This document shows, in pieces, positions 18,389 to 27,767 of a stretch of 64,000 nt of DNA. The translations under genes were made by a program, and so were the position numbers. Numbering within the stretch: the stretch's first letter is position 1; every line of letters begins with the position of its first letter. The notes beneath the pieces were generated by a model that worked only from the letters and a program-made list of their open reading frames with translations, was not told where the DNA came from and did not search any database. The stretch spans positions 45,367 to 109,366 of the forward strand of contig CAZTRN010000002.1 in NCBI GenBank assembly GCA_964616775.1, given 5' to 3'. The DNA is from an uncultured Candidatus Bathyarchaeia archaeon (lineage in GTDB: Archaea > Thermoproteota > Bathyarchaeia > Bathyarchaeales > Bathycorpusculaceae).

Positions 18389-19174
18389 TTACAGCCGAGT
18401 ATTCCAATTCTTATCAAAAATATTTCGGGCTATAGCTACAAAAATGGGGTCTTTTGACCAATAAGCTGGAACATCACAAGTCCATGTTTCTTTATCTGAC
18501 GAAATTAGAACGCCTGTGTTGTCATATATGCACATATAAGTAGGAATCTGGCTGTATACAAACTTCATTTTGAAGTTTGAATCATATTGAAGCTCATCTA
18601 ACGGTTCTAACGAAAGCTCTTTATCTTCAAGATTTTCAACCAGAAAACGAACCTTAACCCCCCGAGCCAAAAGATGCTTACAGTCCTCATAATAGGATTC
18701 TATGTAACGAACAAATTCACCCAGACACGTGATGACATCGAAGCTCTTTTTGACATTAAAAAATATTTTTGCCTGTAAATTGTTCAAATGACCCCCTGAA
18801 GGAATCAAGAACGTTTTGGAGCAATCCTCTTCGAAAGACTTCTTGCGAGCGATTATATTACAATCGTTGATTATGCGTTGCGCTTGTTTTTGGATTTCCA
18901 GTGTTTCACGTTTTTTCCGCTCAAGTAAGATAGAAAAGCCTTCTGAAATCGGAATTGGTTTGAACCTGATTGGGGAATCTATAATTTTCTCTATTAAACC
19001 AAGTTCAAAAAGTTTAGCCACTACTCTGTAAGTTTCTCCGCGGTCCATTTCTGCTGCTTTTGAAATTGTTTTTACTGGAGCATCTCTTAATGTTAGGATA
19101 GTGACATAAATTTTTGCTTGGGAAGAACTTAAACCAGCCTTCACTAAAGTATTCGTTACCTTATCAGTGATCAT
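18389..19174 (-). CDS. TrmB family transcriptional regulator
   Basis: N-terminal wHTH LVKAGLSSSQAKIYVTILTLRDAPVKTISKAAEMDRGETYRVVAKLFELGLIEK followed by a TrmB-type C-terminal domain. Confidence 0.8.
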   Translation of the reverse strand: MITDKVTNTLVKAGLSSSQAKIYVTILTLRDAPVKTISKAAEMDRGETYRVVAKLFELGLIEKIIDSPIRFKPIPISEGFSILLERKKRETLEIQKQAQRIINDCNIIARKKSFEEDCSKTFLIPSGGHLNNLQAKIFFNVKKSFDVITCLGEFVRYIESYYEDCKHLLARGVKVRFLVENLEDKELSLEPLDELQYDSNFKMKFVYSQIPTYMCIYDNTGVLISSDKETWTCDVPAYWSKDPIFVAIARNIFDKNWNTRL

Positions 19175-19456
19175 AAAAATGACCTCCTTCTAAAGATTTA
19201 GTCATGAAAACGATAGCGGGGTCAAGTGTTTGAATACTCACGGTCAATTGAGGAATAACAAATGCATAGTTCACCAAATCAATACCGCTATACAATATAA
19301 CCACATTTATTTCGCTTTAAAGCTAAATATGCGATATAATAATAAAAAATTATTCTATATTCCCCCCGAATTGACAAAAAATAAAATGAAAAACAGCATT
19401 CAAAAAAGGGGTAGGCTTTCATTATACACCTGTACTATACATCAACAGTCTATGCA

Positions 19457-19999
19457 TCAGTCTTGTGTGAGTTTGCTTTGGTTTTTGAGTTCTTTGGCTT
19501 TTTCAGTGTAAGGATTCTTTAAAACTTCGTTTTCCAGTTTATTGCCTTCACTAAAGAAGTCGTCTATGCCTTTACCCATCGCTTTTCCCCGCGCTGTGTG
19601 CATATCAAGGGCAAAGTCAGGTATAGGCAAAAACTTGCCATGGTCTCTTTCGGCGTAAACAATGTTTAACAGGTCGTCGGTTATTCTGCTTTTTTGGCTG
19701 CGGCACAAACAAACAACCGCATTGATTAGAAAGAGTTTGGAGGCGCTTTCGGCAAGTTTTGATTTCTCCGCAAAATACTGTTTCTGCAAGCAATCAATCA
19801 AAAGGGGAATGACCGGGTTGGCGGGTCCGATATCTTCGCAAGCGATAATTTTCAGGCGGTTCCAAAGCATAGTGGGGTTAAATTCTTCCAGTTCCACAGC
19901 GAAATGGGCTGCTTCGTATTCCATGCCTCGTCGGATGCATTTCTGCAGCGCACTTAGCAATTCATAGTGGTCGTATCCATGTTTTGTGTTAGCCACCAA
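19457..19999 (-). CDS. stand-alone MgsA/RarA C-terminal-domain-like protein (no AAA+ module)
   Basis: YDHYELLSALQKCIRRG...EAAHFAVEL...RLKIIACEDIGPANP...IPDFALDMHTARGKAMGKG parallels the MgsA_C pattern (SA..KS.RGSD.DAAL.WL..M...GED....RRL...A.EDIG.A.P ... vP.hLr......k.lG.G). Confidence 0.55.
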   Translation of the reverse strand: MVANTKHGYDHYELLSALQKCIRRGMEYEAAHFAVELEEFNPTMLWNRLKIIACEDIGPANPVIPLLIDCLQKQYFAEKSKLAESASKLFLINAVVCLCRSQKSRITDDLLNIVYAERDHGKFLPIPDFALDMHTARGKAMGKGIDDFFSEGNKLENEVLKNPYTEKAKELKNQSKLTQD

Positions 20000-20133
20000 G
20001 TTTCCCTCCCACTCAAAACCTCTTAAAATGGCAGATAAGCTTTTGGTTTGCCATTACGGCAATAGCGCGCTCAAAACTGGAACCCACCAAAACCCACAAA
20101 TATTTTTTTTAAAAAAAGTAAGGGGGTGGTTGT

Positions 20134-23100
20134 TTATTTTTTGCGTTTGGTGTAAACGTATGCACCTACAGCAACGATAACAATGATGACAACTACGATG
20201 ATAGCATACAAATATTCCATCGGAATAGAATCAGCTGACGCTGTTACTGTGGAAGTGGATGCTTGAGTTTCTTCAGAAGTTGGCATTGTCGTCGGTGTTC
20301 CACTATCTGGCGCTGCAATCACGTTCACAGGAGTCCATTCGGAGTATGATTCTGCATATGTAATCCAAGGTTTTTCTTGACCGTCATACCAGACTACCCA
20401 GCCAGAACTTCCCGCAGCAGTAGGGGTATAGGACACCATGAAGCTACCTGTTTCGTCCGTGGTTGCTGTAAAGTCCTCAGTGGTCGAGTCAGGTTTAGTG
20501 AAGGATATGTAGACTGTGGCGTTTTGCAAAGGAGAATAGAACACTTGAGGCTCTTGTATGGGGTAGAGCGGCGTAAAGGTTGTCACTGCAAAGAGTTGAC
20601 CGCTTATTTCCAAATTCTCGTTTACGAACATTTCAGAGCCTTTGTTAGTCCAGCCACGAATCTCTGTGTAAGCCATGGGTTCGTCTCGGAAGGCGTACAG
20701 GTGACCGTCTTGGCTTCCAACGTAGACTGTGCCATCATAGATAGCTGCTGTGGAAAATACTTGTGCTCTAGTCACAAAAGTGGAAAGCACTGAACCATCA
20801 GTGAGGTTAAAGCAGGTAAAGCCGTAGGCATCGTTGCCGACATAGCCTTTAGGTTGGCCAAGTGTGTCAGCCACTACTAGAGATGCAAAGATTTGGTGAC
20901 CTACCCATTGTTCCCAGATGCGTACTACGCCAGTGGTGTTTGCGATGAAGGGCGCATTTGTTGTGCCCAGATTTGTTCCCGCTTTTATGATTGCATAGGC
21001 TGAAACGTGCATACCTTCACTGAGGTATAGCATATCTAAGGTTCGGGTGGTGCTGCCATTGAGAATGTAGGGTGTTCCGCTTGGGTTAAGGTTGGTTCCA
21101 TTGGGGACAACCACCGAGCTGGCGGCGCGGTATGAAGGCGTCCACATCATTGGAGTTGAACCAGTTGCACGTGTTAAGCTGCCTTCCCATAGCATTGAAC
21201 CATCGGCAGTACTAAAGCCACGTATGCGCATGTTGCCCATAAAGGTGCCTGCAGTAGTGCCCAGTATTACGGTGTCATCAACCACGATGGGTGTAGAAGC
21301 AACGTGACGATACCTGTCCACGGGGTCAGTTGAACGTATATGCCATATCTGTGAACCATCGGAAGTTCTTAAAGCACTAAGCCAGCCATCAAGAGCAGCG
21401 ATGTAAAGTACCCCATTGGAGACCGTAGGAGAACCTGCAATTCCAAAGGAACTATTTGTGAGCTGAGTTCGCCATCGTAACTGTCCATTTTCAGTGTTTA
21501 ATGCATAAACATAGCCATCCATTCCGCCCACGTACAATGTTTGACCAACGACTTGTGGGGATGAGCGAATCTGGAAAGCTGGGTCAATGTGTGCACCGCC
21601 TGCTCTTCCAGCTGCAACGCTCCATATTTTTTCGCCTGTTGCGGCATTCAAGCAGTAAACGTTGCCGTCGTCAGCACCTGTGTAGAGTCTTCCTCCAGTC
21701 ACAGTGGGTGTTGATGCAATTCGGTAAGTTGTTGAGAAGGTCCAGATTTCTGTGCCAGTTTTAGAGTTAATGCAGTAGTATTTTCCATTGTATGCACCAA
21801 AGTATACTTTGCCCTCTACTGCTACAGGGGAACCACATATGGGACCACCTGCAGTGAAGGCCCAGACTGGGTTGTTGATGTCGGATGGCGCGTATTGACC
21901 TACTGCCACACCGGTGGTTGGACGGTTTTGCCACTCCGACCAATCTTTGTTGTCACCTATGCAGTATAATGTACCGCTTTGGACGAAGTACAAGTTACCG
22001 TAGGCAACTATAGGTGTGGAGGGGTTAATTCCAGGAAGTTCCCAGATCAACGTGCCAGAAAATGCGTCTAAGCAGACAAAACTTGCACCAGGACTTGGGT
22101 ATCCTGCTACTTGTGAGCCTGCGCCTTGGTCAGAAGCGCGTGCATAGACTTTGCCGTCAGCCACTATAACGGTGTCATAGCTGATAGTGTAGTGTGCGGG
22201 GTATTTCCATCGTTGTGCGCCTGTTTCAGCATCCCATGCGCCGATGTAGCCTGCGCCAGGAAGCATGCTTTGGTCGAAGTACATTCCATAGGCATACGCA
22301 CCACCGTAAGCGAAGAAGGAACGGTCACCTGTGTCGGTGTCAAAGATTATGTCGCCGTTTGTTGCGTTGTAGCAGGTAATTCTTGTAGATGATGCTGAAT
22401 GGTAAAGTTTGCCGTCACTGTAGGTTGCAGCATAGCCTGCGTTACCAACCTTGAAGCTGCGCCATACCAGATCGCCAGTTGTTGCGTTCAACGCGTAGAT
22501 TTCGCCTTCACCGTATCCGCCAAAGTAAGCTAGTCCACCACCAGAGCCTAAATGCTCAAGGCCTGTAGGAGCAACCCATGTCCAGGCGATCGATGCGCCA
22601 GCTGTTGGGTTTGAAAGGTCAAAAGCGATACATAGCGGTTCGTTAGTTCCGTATTTTTGTCCAATTGAGTACTTCATTTTGTTTTCGCTGTCGTAGAAGC
22701 CACCCCAGTACATGCATGGAAAGCCGCCTAGAGAAGCTATGCCGTCAGTTGCTGCATCTATGACGTTTTTGGCTATGAATTGACCGTCGCTTATTCGGTA
22801 AACGACTTGACCGTCAGTTGCTTCGTAGCCTATGTAGGTGTCATCAATTTGGTATACTGCACCAGTTCCAAAGCCTCGGAAGCCACCCTTCATTTCTGTT
22901 TGCCATATAAGTGCACCTGTTTGGGCGTTAAAGGCCCAAAGTTGGTTTCCACCATAACCGATGATTTTGCCGTCTATGGCGATTGGAGGTGCTCCAGATA
23001 TGGATTCGCCAGTGTCAGGGCGCCTAGTAGACCAAAGTACGTTAGGTGTGTCGGGTGCAGGTCCAGGGTTAAAGTTGGTGTTATGTGAGTCTCGCATGTG

Positions 23101-23193
23101 CATTGGCCAGTCGTATTGAAGGATGTCGCCGTAAGAGGTTGTTTCGTCGGTGGATTGTGCAAAAGCAAACATTGCAAAGCAAGAAGACAACAA
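20134..23193 (-). CDS. large PQQ-like beta-propeller repeat surface protein (paralog of 15094..18132)
   Basis: Same architecture and collinear similarity to 15094..18132 (for example YCIGDNKDW...GSPVAVEGKVYFGAYNGKYYCINSKTGTEIW). C-terminal ST linker and TM ending KRKK. The start is probably upstream of the TTG at 23193. Confidence 0.8.
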   Translation of the reverse strand: MLSSCFAMFAFAQSTDETTSYGDILQYDWPMHMRDSHNTNFNPGPAPDTPNVLWSTRRPDTGESISGAPPIAIDGKIIGYGGNQLWAFNAQTGALIWQTEMKGGFRGFGTGAVYQIDDTYIGYEATDGQVVYRISDGQFIAKNVIDAATDGIASLGGFPCMYWGGFYDSENKMKYSIGQKYGTNEPLCIAFDLSNPTAGASIAWTWVAPTGLEHLGSGGGLAYFGGYGEGEIYALNATTGDLVWRSFKVGNAGYAATYSDGKLYHSASSTRITCYNATNGDIIFDTDTGDRSFFAYGGAYAYGMYFDQSMLPGAGYIGAWDAETGAQRWKYPAHYTISYDTVIVADGKVYARASDQGAGSQVAGYPSPGASFVCLDAFSGTLIWELPGINPSTPIVAYGNLYFVQSGTLYCIGDNKDWSEWQNRPTTGVAVGQYAPSDINNPVWAFTAGGPICGSPVAVEGKVYFGAYNGKYYCINSKTGTEIWTFSTTYRIASTPTVTGGRLYTGADDGNVYCLNAATGEKIWSVAAGRAGGAHIDPAFQIRSSPQVVGQTLYVGGMDGYVYALNTENGQLRWRTQLTNSSFGIAGSPTVSNGVLYIAALDGWLSALRTSDGSQIWHIRSTDPVDRYRHVASTPIVVDDTVILGTTAGTFMGNMRIRGFSTADGSMLWEGSLTRATGSTPMMWTPSYRAASSVVVPNGTNLNPSGTPYILNGSTTRTLDMLYLSEGMHVSAYAIIKAGTNLGTTNAPFIANTTGVVRIWEQWVGHQIFASLVVADTLGQPKGYVGNDAYGFTCFNLTDGSVLSTFVTRAQVFSTAAIYDGTVYVGSQDGHLYAFRDEPMAYTEIRGWTNKGSEMFVNENLEISGQLFAVTTFTPLYPIQEPQVFYSPLQNATVYISFTKPDSTTEDFTATTDETGSFMVSYTPTAAGSSGWVVWYDGQEKPWITYAESYSEWTPVNVIAAPDSGTPTTMPTSEETQASTSTVTASADSIPMEYLYAIIVVVIIVIVAVGAYVYTKRKK

Positions 23194-23502
23194 TAGAACC
23201 GTTAGGATCGCAGTTATTGATTTTTTAAAAGGAAATGGATTTACTCTTTTTCCCTCCCTGTTAACTTTTTTTGTGGAAAAACCCTTTTATAATTTTTGTA
23301 TAAAACGCCACATTTGTTACCAATATTAATTATATTTGAAGCAAAACCAATTCTTTAATTCTCAAAAACACTTAATCAACACCACAATTATTTCTTTTGA
23401 AAATGCAAAAAAACTCCACATTCACTAGTTTAATTCGTTAAAAAATAAAGAAGCCATGCAGCTTTAGAAAAAGAGGAAGTCTGGTAAACAGCCAGATTGT
23501 CC

Positions 23503-24498
23503 TTAACTGGTGGAGTTGAACAGTTCAGGATGGATTGCTTTTGCGATGCTTTCTAAGCCGTTGATGATGTTCGGGCTGCCGACGGTAATTGAGTTTTCGT
23601 TGACTAAGTAGATTTGGTTGTTTTTAACCGCGTTAGTTTCGCTCCATCCGGGTCTGTCAGCAATTACACTGGGAGTTAAGCCTGCAAGCGAAGACATGAC
23701 ACCATCACTAATGATTATAACGTCAGGGTTTGCTTTGAGCACTTCTTCGCTGCTAGTGGTTACGTATTGACCTGAGAAACCGGCAAATACGTTTACGCCT
23801 CCAGCTATGGATATGAGGTCGTTTACGTAGCTGGAGCTGCCATAGCTGCCAAAACCTTCAGAGCTAAAGTAGTATTCAACGTAAATACGGGGTTTGCTTA
23901 GACCGCTGGTTTGGTCCATGATTGCTTGAGCACGGCTGTTTAGGTCAGTGACAATAGTTTCCTGTTGGCTTATGCGCCCAGTCAGGTTCCCAACTAAAGC
24001 GATGTCGTTCAGTACGCCTGCAAAGCTGGTGGGTGAAAGGCTGAAAACTGGGATATTCAGCTCTGTAAGCTGTTGGGAGGTGGGATCTTGGTAGCCGCCT
24101 GTTCCAATCACTAGGTCAGGCTCCAATGATACCACTGCTTCCACACTAACCCGCGAAAAGCTGCCCACCACTGTCACGCCAGATGCATTCATCCAATCCT
24201 TGACAGATTGAGTGTAGCCAGAATAAGAGACCACACCTACCGTCTGATTCTCTAACCCTAAAGCAACCAAAATTTCAGTACAACTAGGAGCCAAAGACAC
24301 GATGCGCGTTGGGTAACTATCTAACGTCACTGTTCTGCCGACGTCATCCATGAGCGCTGTAGGTACACTTGGAGTCACCGAAGAGACAGGGGGTTGTTGT
24401 AGCACAAAAAACGCCGCGACCACAACCACCAAAATCAGGAGAACACCTGCTAAAGCCATTATCAACTGTTTCATAGTTCCACTGGACGGATTATCCAT
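23503..24498 (-). CDS. ABC transporter substrate-binding protein (iron-siderophore/cobalamin type, Peripla_BP_2)
   Basis: N-terminal TM anchor. RIVSLAPSCTEILVALGL, PDLVIGTGG and NPDVIII are typical of BtuF/FepB-like binding proteins. No permease or ATPase gene is adjacent. Confidence 0.8.
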   Translation of the reverse strand: MDNPSSGTMKQLIMALAGVLLILVVVVAAFFVLQQPPVSSVTPSVPTALMDDVGRTVTLDSYPTRIVSLAPSCTEILVALGLENQTVGVVSYSGYTQSVKDWMNASGVTVVGSFSRVSVEAVVSLEPDLVIGTGGYQDPTSQQLTELNIPVFSLSPTSFAGVLNDIALVGNLTGRISQQETIVTDLNSRAQAIMDQTSGLSKPRIYVEYYFSSEGFGSYGSSSYVNDLISIAGGVNVFAGFSGQYVTTSSEEVLKANPDVIIISDGVMSSLAGLTPSVIADRPGWSETNAVKNNQIYLVNENSITVGSPNIINGLESIAKAIHPELFNSTS

Positions 24499-24540
24499 CT
24501 ATAAATTATAAATGCTTCGCCGACAAGCTCACGTAGAAGG

Positions 24541-24861
24541 TTATGGGGTGCAGCAGGTTGCCAAAACGGGAATTACAAGGCGGAGTTGTGTAGAGTTTTC
24601 CCAGAGGAGTTTTCGTCCGTGGTGTGTGATGTTGTATTTACGGCGTGCTTTGCCGGCTACGACTTCTAGGGTTGAGTGGATTAAGCCGTTTTGTTCTAGT
24701 TGTTGGAGTTCGGGGTAAAGGGTGGAGGCACCTAGTCGGATGCCGAATCGTTTTTGCATTGCTGTGGATATGGCGTAGCCGTGTACACCGTGGGGTGAGT
24801 CGTTGATGTATCCTAGTAGGATTGTTTGGAGCAGTGCTCCGCGGAAGAGTTTTCGATTCAC
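24541..24861 (-). CDS. PadR family transcriptional regulator
   Basis: LLGYINDSPHGVHGYAISTAMQKRFG...STLYPELQQLEQNGLIHS is the PadR wHTH signature. Confidence 0.8.
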   Translation of the reverse strand: MNRKLFRGALLQTILLGYINDSPHGVHGYAISTAMQKRFGIRLGASTLYPELQQLEQNGLIHSTLEVVAGKARRKYNITHHGRKLLWENSTQLRLVIPVLATCCTP

Positions 24862-24960
24862 AAAGCTTCCTCCAGAAAAACAAGCAGAAAAACAAACGCT
24901 ATCTTAATACTGCCTACATAAGGTAATTAAAAACATGTTGTAACGCAGACACAACCACAA

Positions 24961-25284
24961 TCAGTCCGTAATCTGCTTCAGTACGCGGCGTTTAAGGGCA
25001 GCCATGAACTCGCTATCCACTGTGTCAATGACTTCAAAAATTTGTGCATCTGCAATGGCATACATCCGTCTTGTTCCATCCTTGCGGTAACTTACAAGAC
25101 CTATGTCTTTGAGGATTTTTAGGTGCCGTGAAACCACTGGCTGAATCTGGTTAAGGTGGGGAACAATCTCGCAAACGCATCGCTCGCCATCACGCAAAAA
25201 AATCAGTATCTTCAGTCGCTCAGGAGCGGCTATTGCGTGAAAAATTTTAGCCTTAAACTTTACGTCTTCATATAAGGGGGGCAT
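24961..25284 (-). CDS. ArsR/SmtB family transcriptional regulator
   Basis: RLKILIFLRDGERCVCEIVPHLNQIQPVVSRHLKILKDIGLV is the ArsR HTH with the CVC metal-site motif. Confidence 0.85.
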   Translation of the reverse strand: MPPLYEDVKFKAKIFHAIAAPERLKILIFLRDGERCVCEIVPHLNQIQPVVSRHLKILKDIGLVSYRKDGTRRMYAIADAQIFEVIDTVDSEFMAALKRRVLKQITD

Positions 25285-25351
25285 ACTTAAGCAGTGAATA
25301 TAACAATATTAAAATATTAACACGCTTGCCAATTAGTTTGAAGGGACAAGT

Positions 25352-26716
25352 GTGCGTGGGATACGGGGGATAACGAAGGGGAAGAAACAGCGAGTTGTTC
25401 GCTGCATCGTACTTTTGATTTTGATGTTTTTTGTTTTGAGCATTTCCGTTGTTTCAGCGACATCTTCGGATGATTGGTCCACGTTTAGGCATAATTTAAC
25501 TCGAACAGGTGCCTCAGACACTCAGGCACCAACAACGGCGGTGGTGCAGATTTGGGCGTTTCCAACTGGAAGCGTAATTTGGTCGTCTCCTTCGGTTGCT
25601 GGGGGCAACGTGTACATCGGTTCAGACGACAGAAATGTGTACTGCTTAGACGCACAAACGGGGCAAAAAATATGGAACTACACGACGCACGGCGCAGCAG
25701 GTTCGCCTCCAACGATTGTAGGCGACTTTGTTTATGTAGGGTCTTATGACGGTAACGTTTACTGTTTGGATGCGGCAACAGGCAACAAAATTTGGAATTA
25801 CACTACTGACGGGTATGTGGAGTCTTCGCCAGCAGTGGTTGGGGACTATGTGTATGTGGGGTCGTATGATGGGAATGTTTATTGTTTAGACGCTGTGAGC
25901 GGAAATAAAGTGTGGAACTTCACAACAGGAAGCTTGGTGGAATCCTCACCCGCAGTGGTGGAAAACTATCTTTATGTCGGTTCTTGTGATGGTAACATTT
26001 ACTGCTTAGACGCTACGACCGGTGAGCGGATTTGGAATTTTACCACCGGCAACGTGGTGGAGTCCTCTCCAGCAGTTGTTGAGGGTTACTTGTATTCGGG
26101 GTCAGAAGATGGAAACGTTTACTGTCTCAACGCATACACAGGCTATAAAATATGGAACTACACCACGTTAGATCGCATATACGCTTCCCCAGCAGTCATG
26201 AATGGCTACGTTTACATTGGATCGTATGACAAGCATGTTTACTGTTTGGACGCTGCCTCAGGAGACCAAATCTGGAATTACACCACACAAGGTTTGGTTT
26301 CATCGTCGCCTGCTGTAGCAAGTGGTTGTGTATATACAGGCTCATACGACGGCAACTTGTACTGTCTTAACGCCACTAATGGCGATCAACTTTGGAGCCA
26401 CCGCATCGGGTCAGCGATTGCATGTTCACCAGCCGTGTCTGACGGCAAAATCTTTGTGGGCGCATGGAACAAGGTGATTTACGCGTTTGCCGCCGAAATG
26501 CCAACACCATCACCCACAACTACCCCCACAGATACTCCAACTGCCACACCGTCAGCAAGCCCATCAACTACAGCTTCAGACCAAACGTCACCTTCGCCTT
26601 CAGCCACGCCGCAGGACACGCTTGAAATTTCAATGAGTAATATGCTTGTGATTGCGGGTGTGGTTGTTGTGATACTTGTTATAGTGGTGTTTTTGGTGAA
26701 GGGCAAAAAAGTGTAA
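25352..26716 (+). CDS. PQQ-like beta-propeller repeat surface protein with PT-rich linker and C-terminal TM anchor
   Basis: Eight near-regular repeats of SSPAVV.(D/G)YVYVGSYDGNVYCLDA.(T/S)G.KIWN(Y/F)TT, then PTPSPTTTPTDTPTATPSASPS and a TM helix. Confidence 0.8.
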   Translation: MRGIRGITKGKKQRVVRCIVLLILMFFVLSISVVSATSSDDWSTFRHNLTRTGASDTQAPTTAVVQIWAFPTGSVIWSSPSVAGGNVYIGSDDRNVYCLDAQTGQKIWNYTTHGAAGSPPTIVGDFVYVGSYDGNVYCLDAATGNKIWNYTTDGYVESSPAVVGDYVYVGSYDGNVYCLDAVSGNKVWNFTTGSLVESSPAVVENYLYVGSCDGNIYCLDATTGERIWNFTTGNVVESSPAVVEGYLYSGSEDGNVYCLNAYTGYKIWNYTTLDRIYASPAVMNGYVYIGSYDKHVYCLDAASGDQIWNYTTQGLVSSSPAVASGCVYTGSYDGNLYCLNATNGDQLWSHRIGSAIACSPAVSDGKIFVGAWNKVIYAFAAEMPTPSPTTTPTDTPTATPSASPSTTASDQTSPSPSATPQDTLEISMSNMLVIAGVVVVILVIVVFLVKGKKV

Positions 26717-26811
26717 TTTCTGCTTGCTGGCATGAATAGCTGACAGGTTTCAAAAGTGTTTAATAGCAATAATTAAATATTCGCATAAACAATAGGGGAG
26801 TTGGTGCAAAC

Positions 26812-27426
26812 ATGTCCAAAGGCTTAAAGGACTTAAAACTGAAAGACATCCTATTCGCCGTAATACTTCCCACTATCGTCTGTTTGATTATAATCTGGTT
26901 CCCTCTTAACGAGCGAACTCTTGCAAGAATTAATGAAGCCTTTCAAGGCATCTTCGTTTTTGGCGTCCAAGAAGTCATAATGATTGTTGCAGTCCCTATG
27001 CTGTTGGGGCTACTTTGGAACAAATGGGCAGGTGGAGCCAGCGGGTTTCTCCTTGGCAGTATATACGCCCTATGGTATGGACTCTACGGTTCCATGTCAC
27101 CAGCATGGATACACAACATAAGCCTTCTAGGTTACTTGCTTAGTGCCATGCTCATTGGCTACATGGCTGGCGCGTTGAACCAAAAATCCACCAAACTATC
27201 AAGACTACTATTCTCTGGGTTAATATCTGGACTCGTTGGCGGTTTATTCCTCTTCTTCACCGAACAGCAAGCACAAGTGAACTTAGTTTATGGTTGGTAT
27301 GGCTTCTTCATAACCATGACACCACGACTAGTTTTCGGTATCGTAATGCCTTTGGTTGCTAAAGCAGTTATTCGACATCAAGAAAAAGCAGCCAAAGCCA
27401 TGCCCATCGAGCAAGCACACCTTTAA
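26812..27426 (+). CDS. integral membrane protein, function unknown
   Basis: Clean ORF with about 6 hydrophobic helices. AGGGGAG lies about 13 nt upstream of the ATG. Confidence 0.55.
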   Translation: MSKGLKDLKLKDILFAVILPTIVCLIIIWFPLNERTLARINEAFQGIFVFGVQEVIMIVAVPMLLGLLWNKWAGGASGFLLGSIYALWYGLYGSMSPAWIHNISLLGYLLSAMLIGYMAGALNQKSTKLSRLLFSGLISGLVGGLFLFFTEQQAQVNLVYGWYGFFITMTPRLVFGIVMPLVAKAVIRHQEKAAKAMPIEQAHL

Positions 27427-27449
27427 CGCCCATACCCCTAAACTTAAAT

Positions 27450-27767
27450 GTGAAAATCATGGCGAAAGCAAACCAAGAAACTTATCGTGGAGTGCCCCGA
27501 GACAAAATTCCTTGGGGACCAACCATAAACTACGAGAAATGCATAAGCTGCGGCAAATGCGCCACTTACTGCCACAACAAGGTGTTTACCTTGCAGAAAA
27601 AAGACGGCAAACAACAACCCATTGTCACTAACCCAAACGGGTGCGTCGTGTTCTGCACTGGATGCGAGGACATTTGTCCAGCAGGTGCCATAACGCATCC
27701 GTCAAAAGAAGAAACTCGGAAGCTTATCCGTAAACTCCAAAAAGAGCAGAAAAAAGGCTGCTCTTAG
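27450..27767 (+). CDS. 4Fe-4S ferredoxin-domain protein
   Basis: Two cluster motifs, CISCGKCATYC and CVVFCTGCEDICP. Confidence 0.7.
   Translation: MKIMAKANQETYRGVPRDKIPWGPTINYEKCISCGKCATYCHNKVFTLQKKDGKQQPIVTNPNGCVVFCTGCEDICPAGAITHPSKEETRKLIRKLQKEQKKGCS

Noticed and set aside
18210-18407. A 65-aa ORF between the PQQ gene and the TrmB gene, and the ORF 19230..19511 in the AT-rich spacer
   Set aside because: Both are Cys/Phe-rich or Asn/Lys/Ile-rich translations of AT-rich intergenic DNA. They overlap neighbouring gene ends and have no RBS or recognisable motif.
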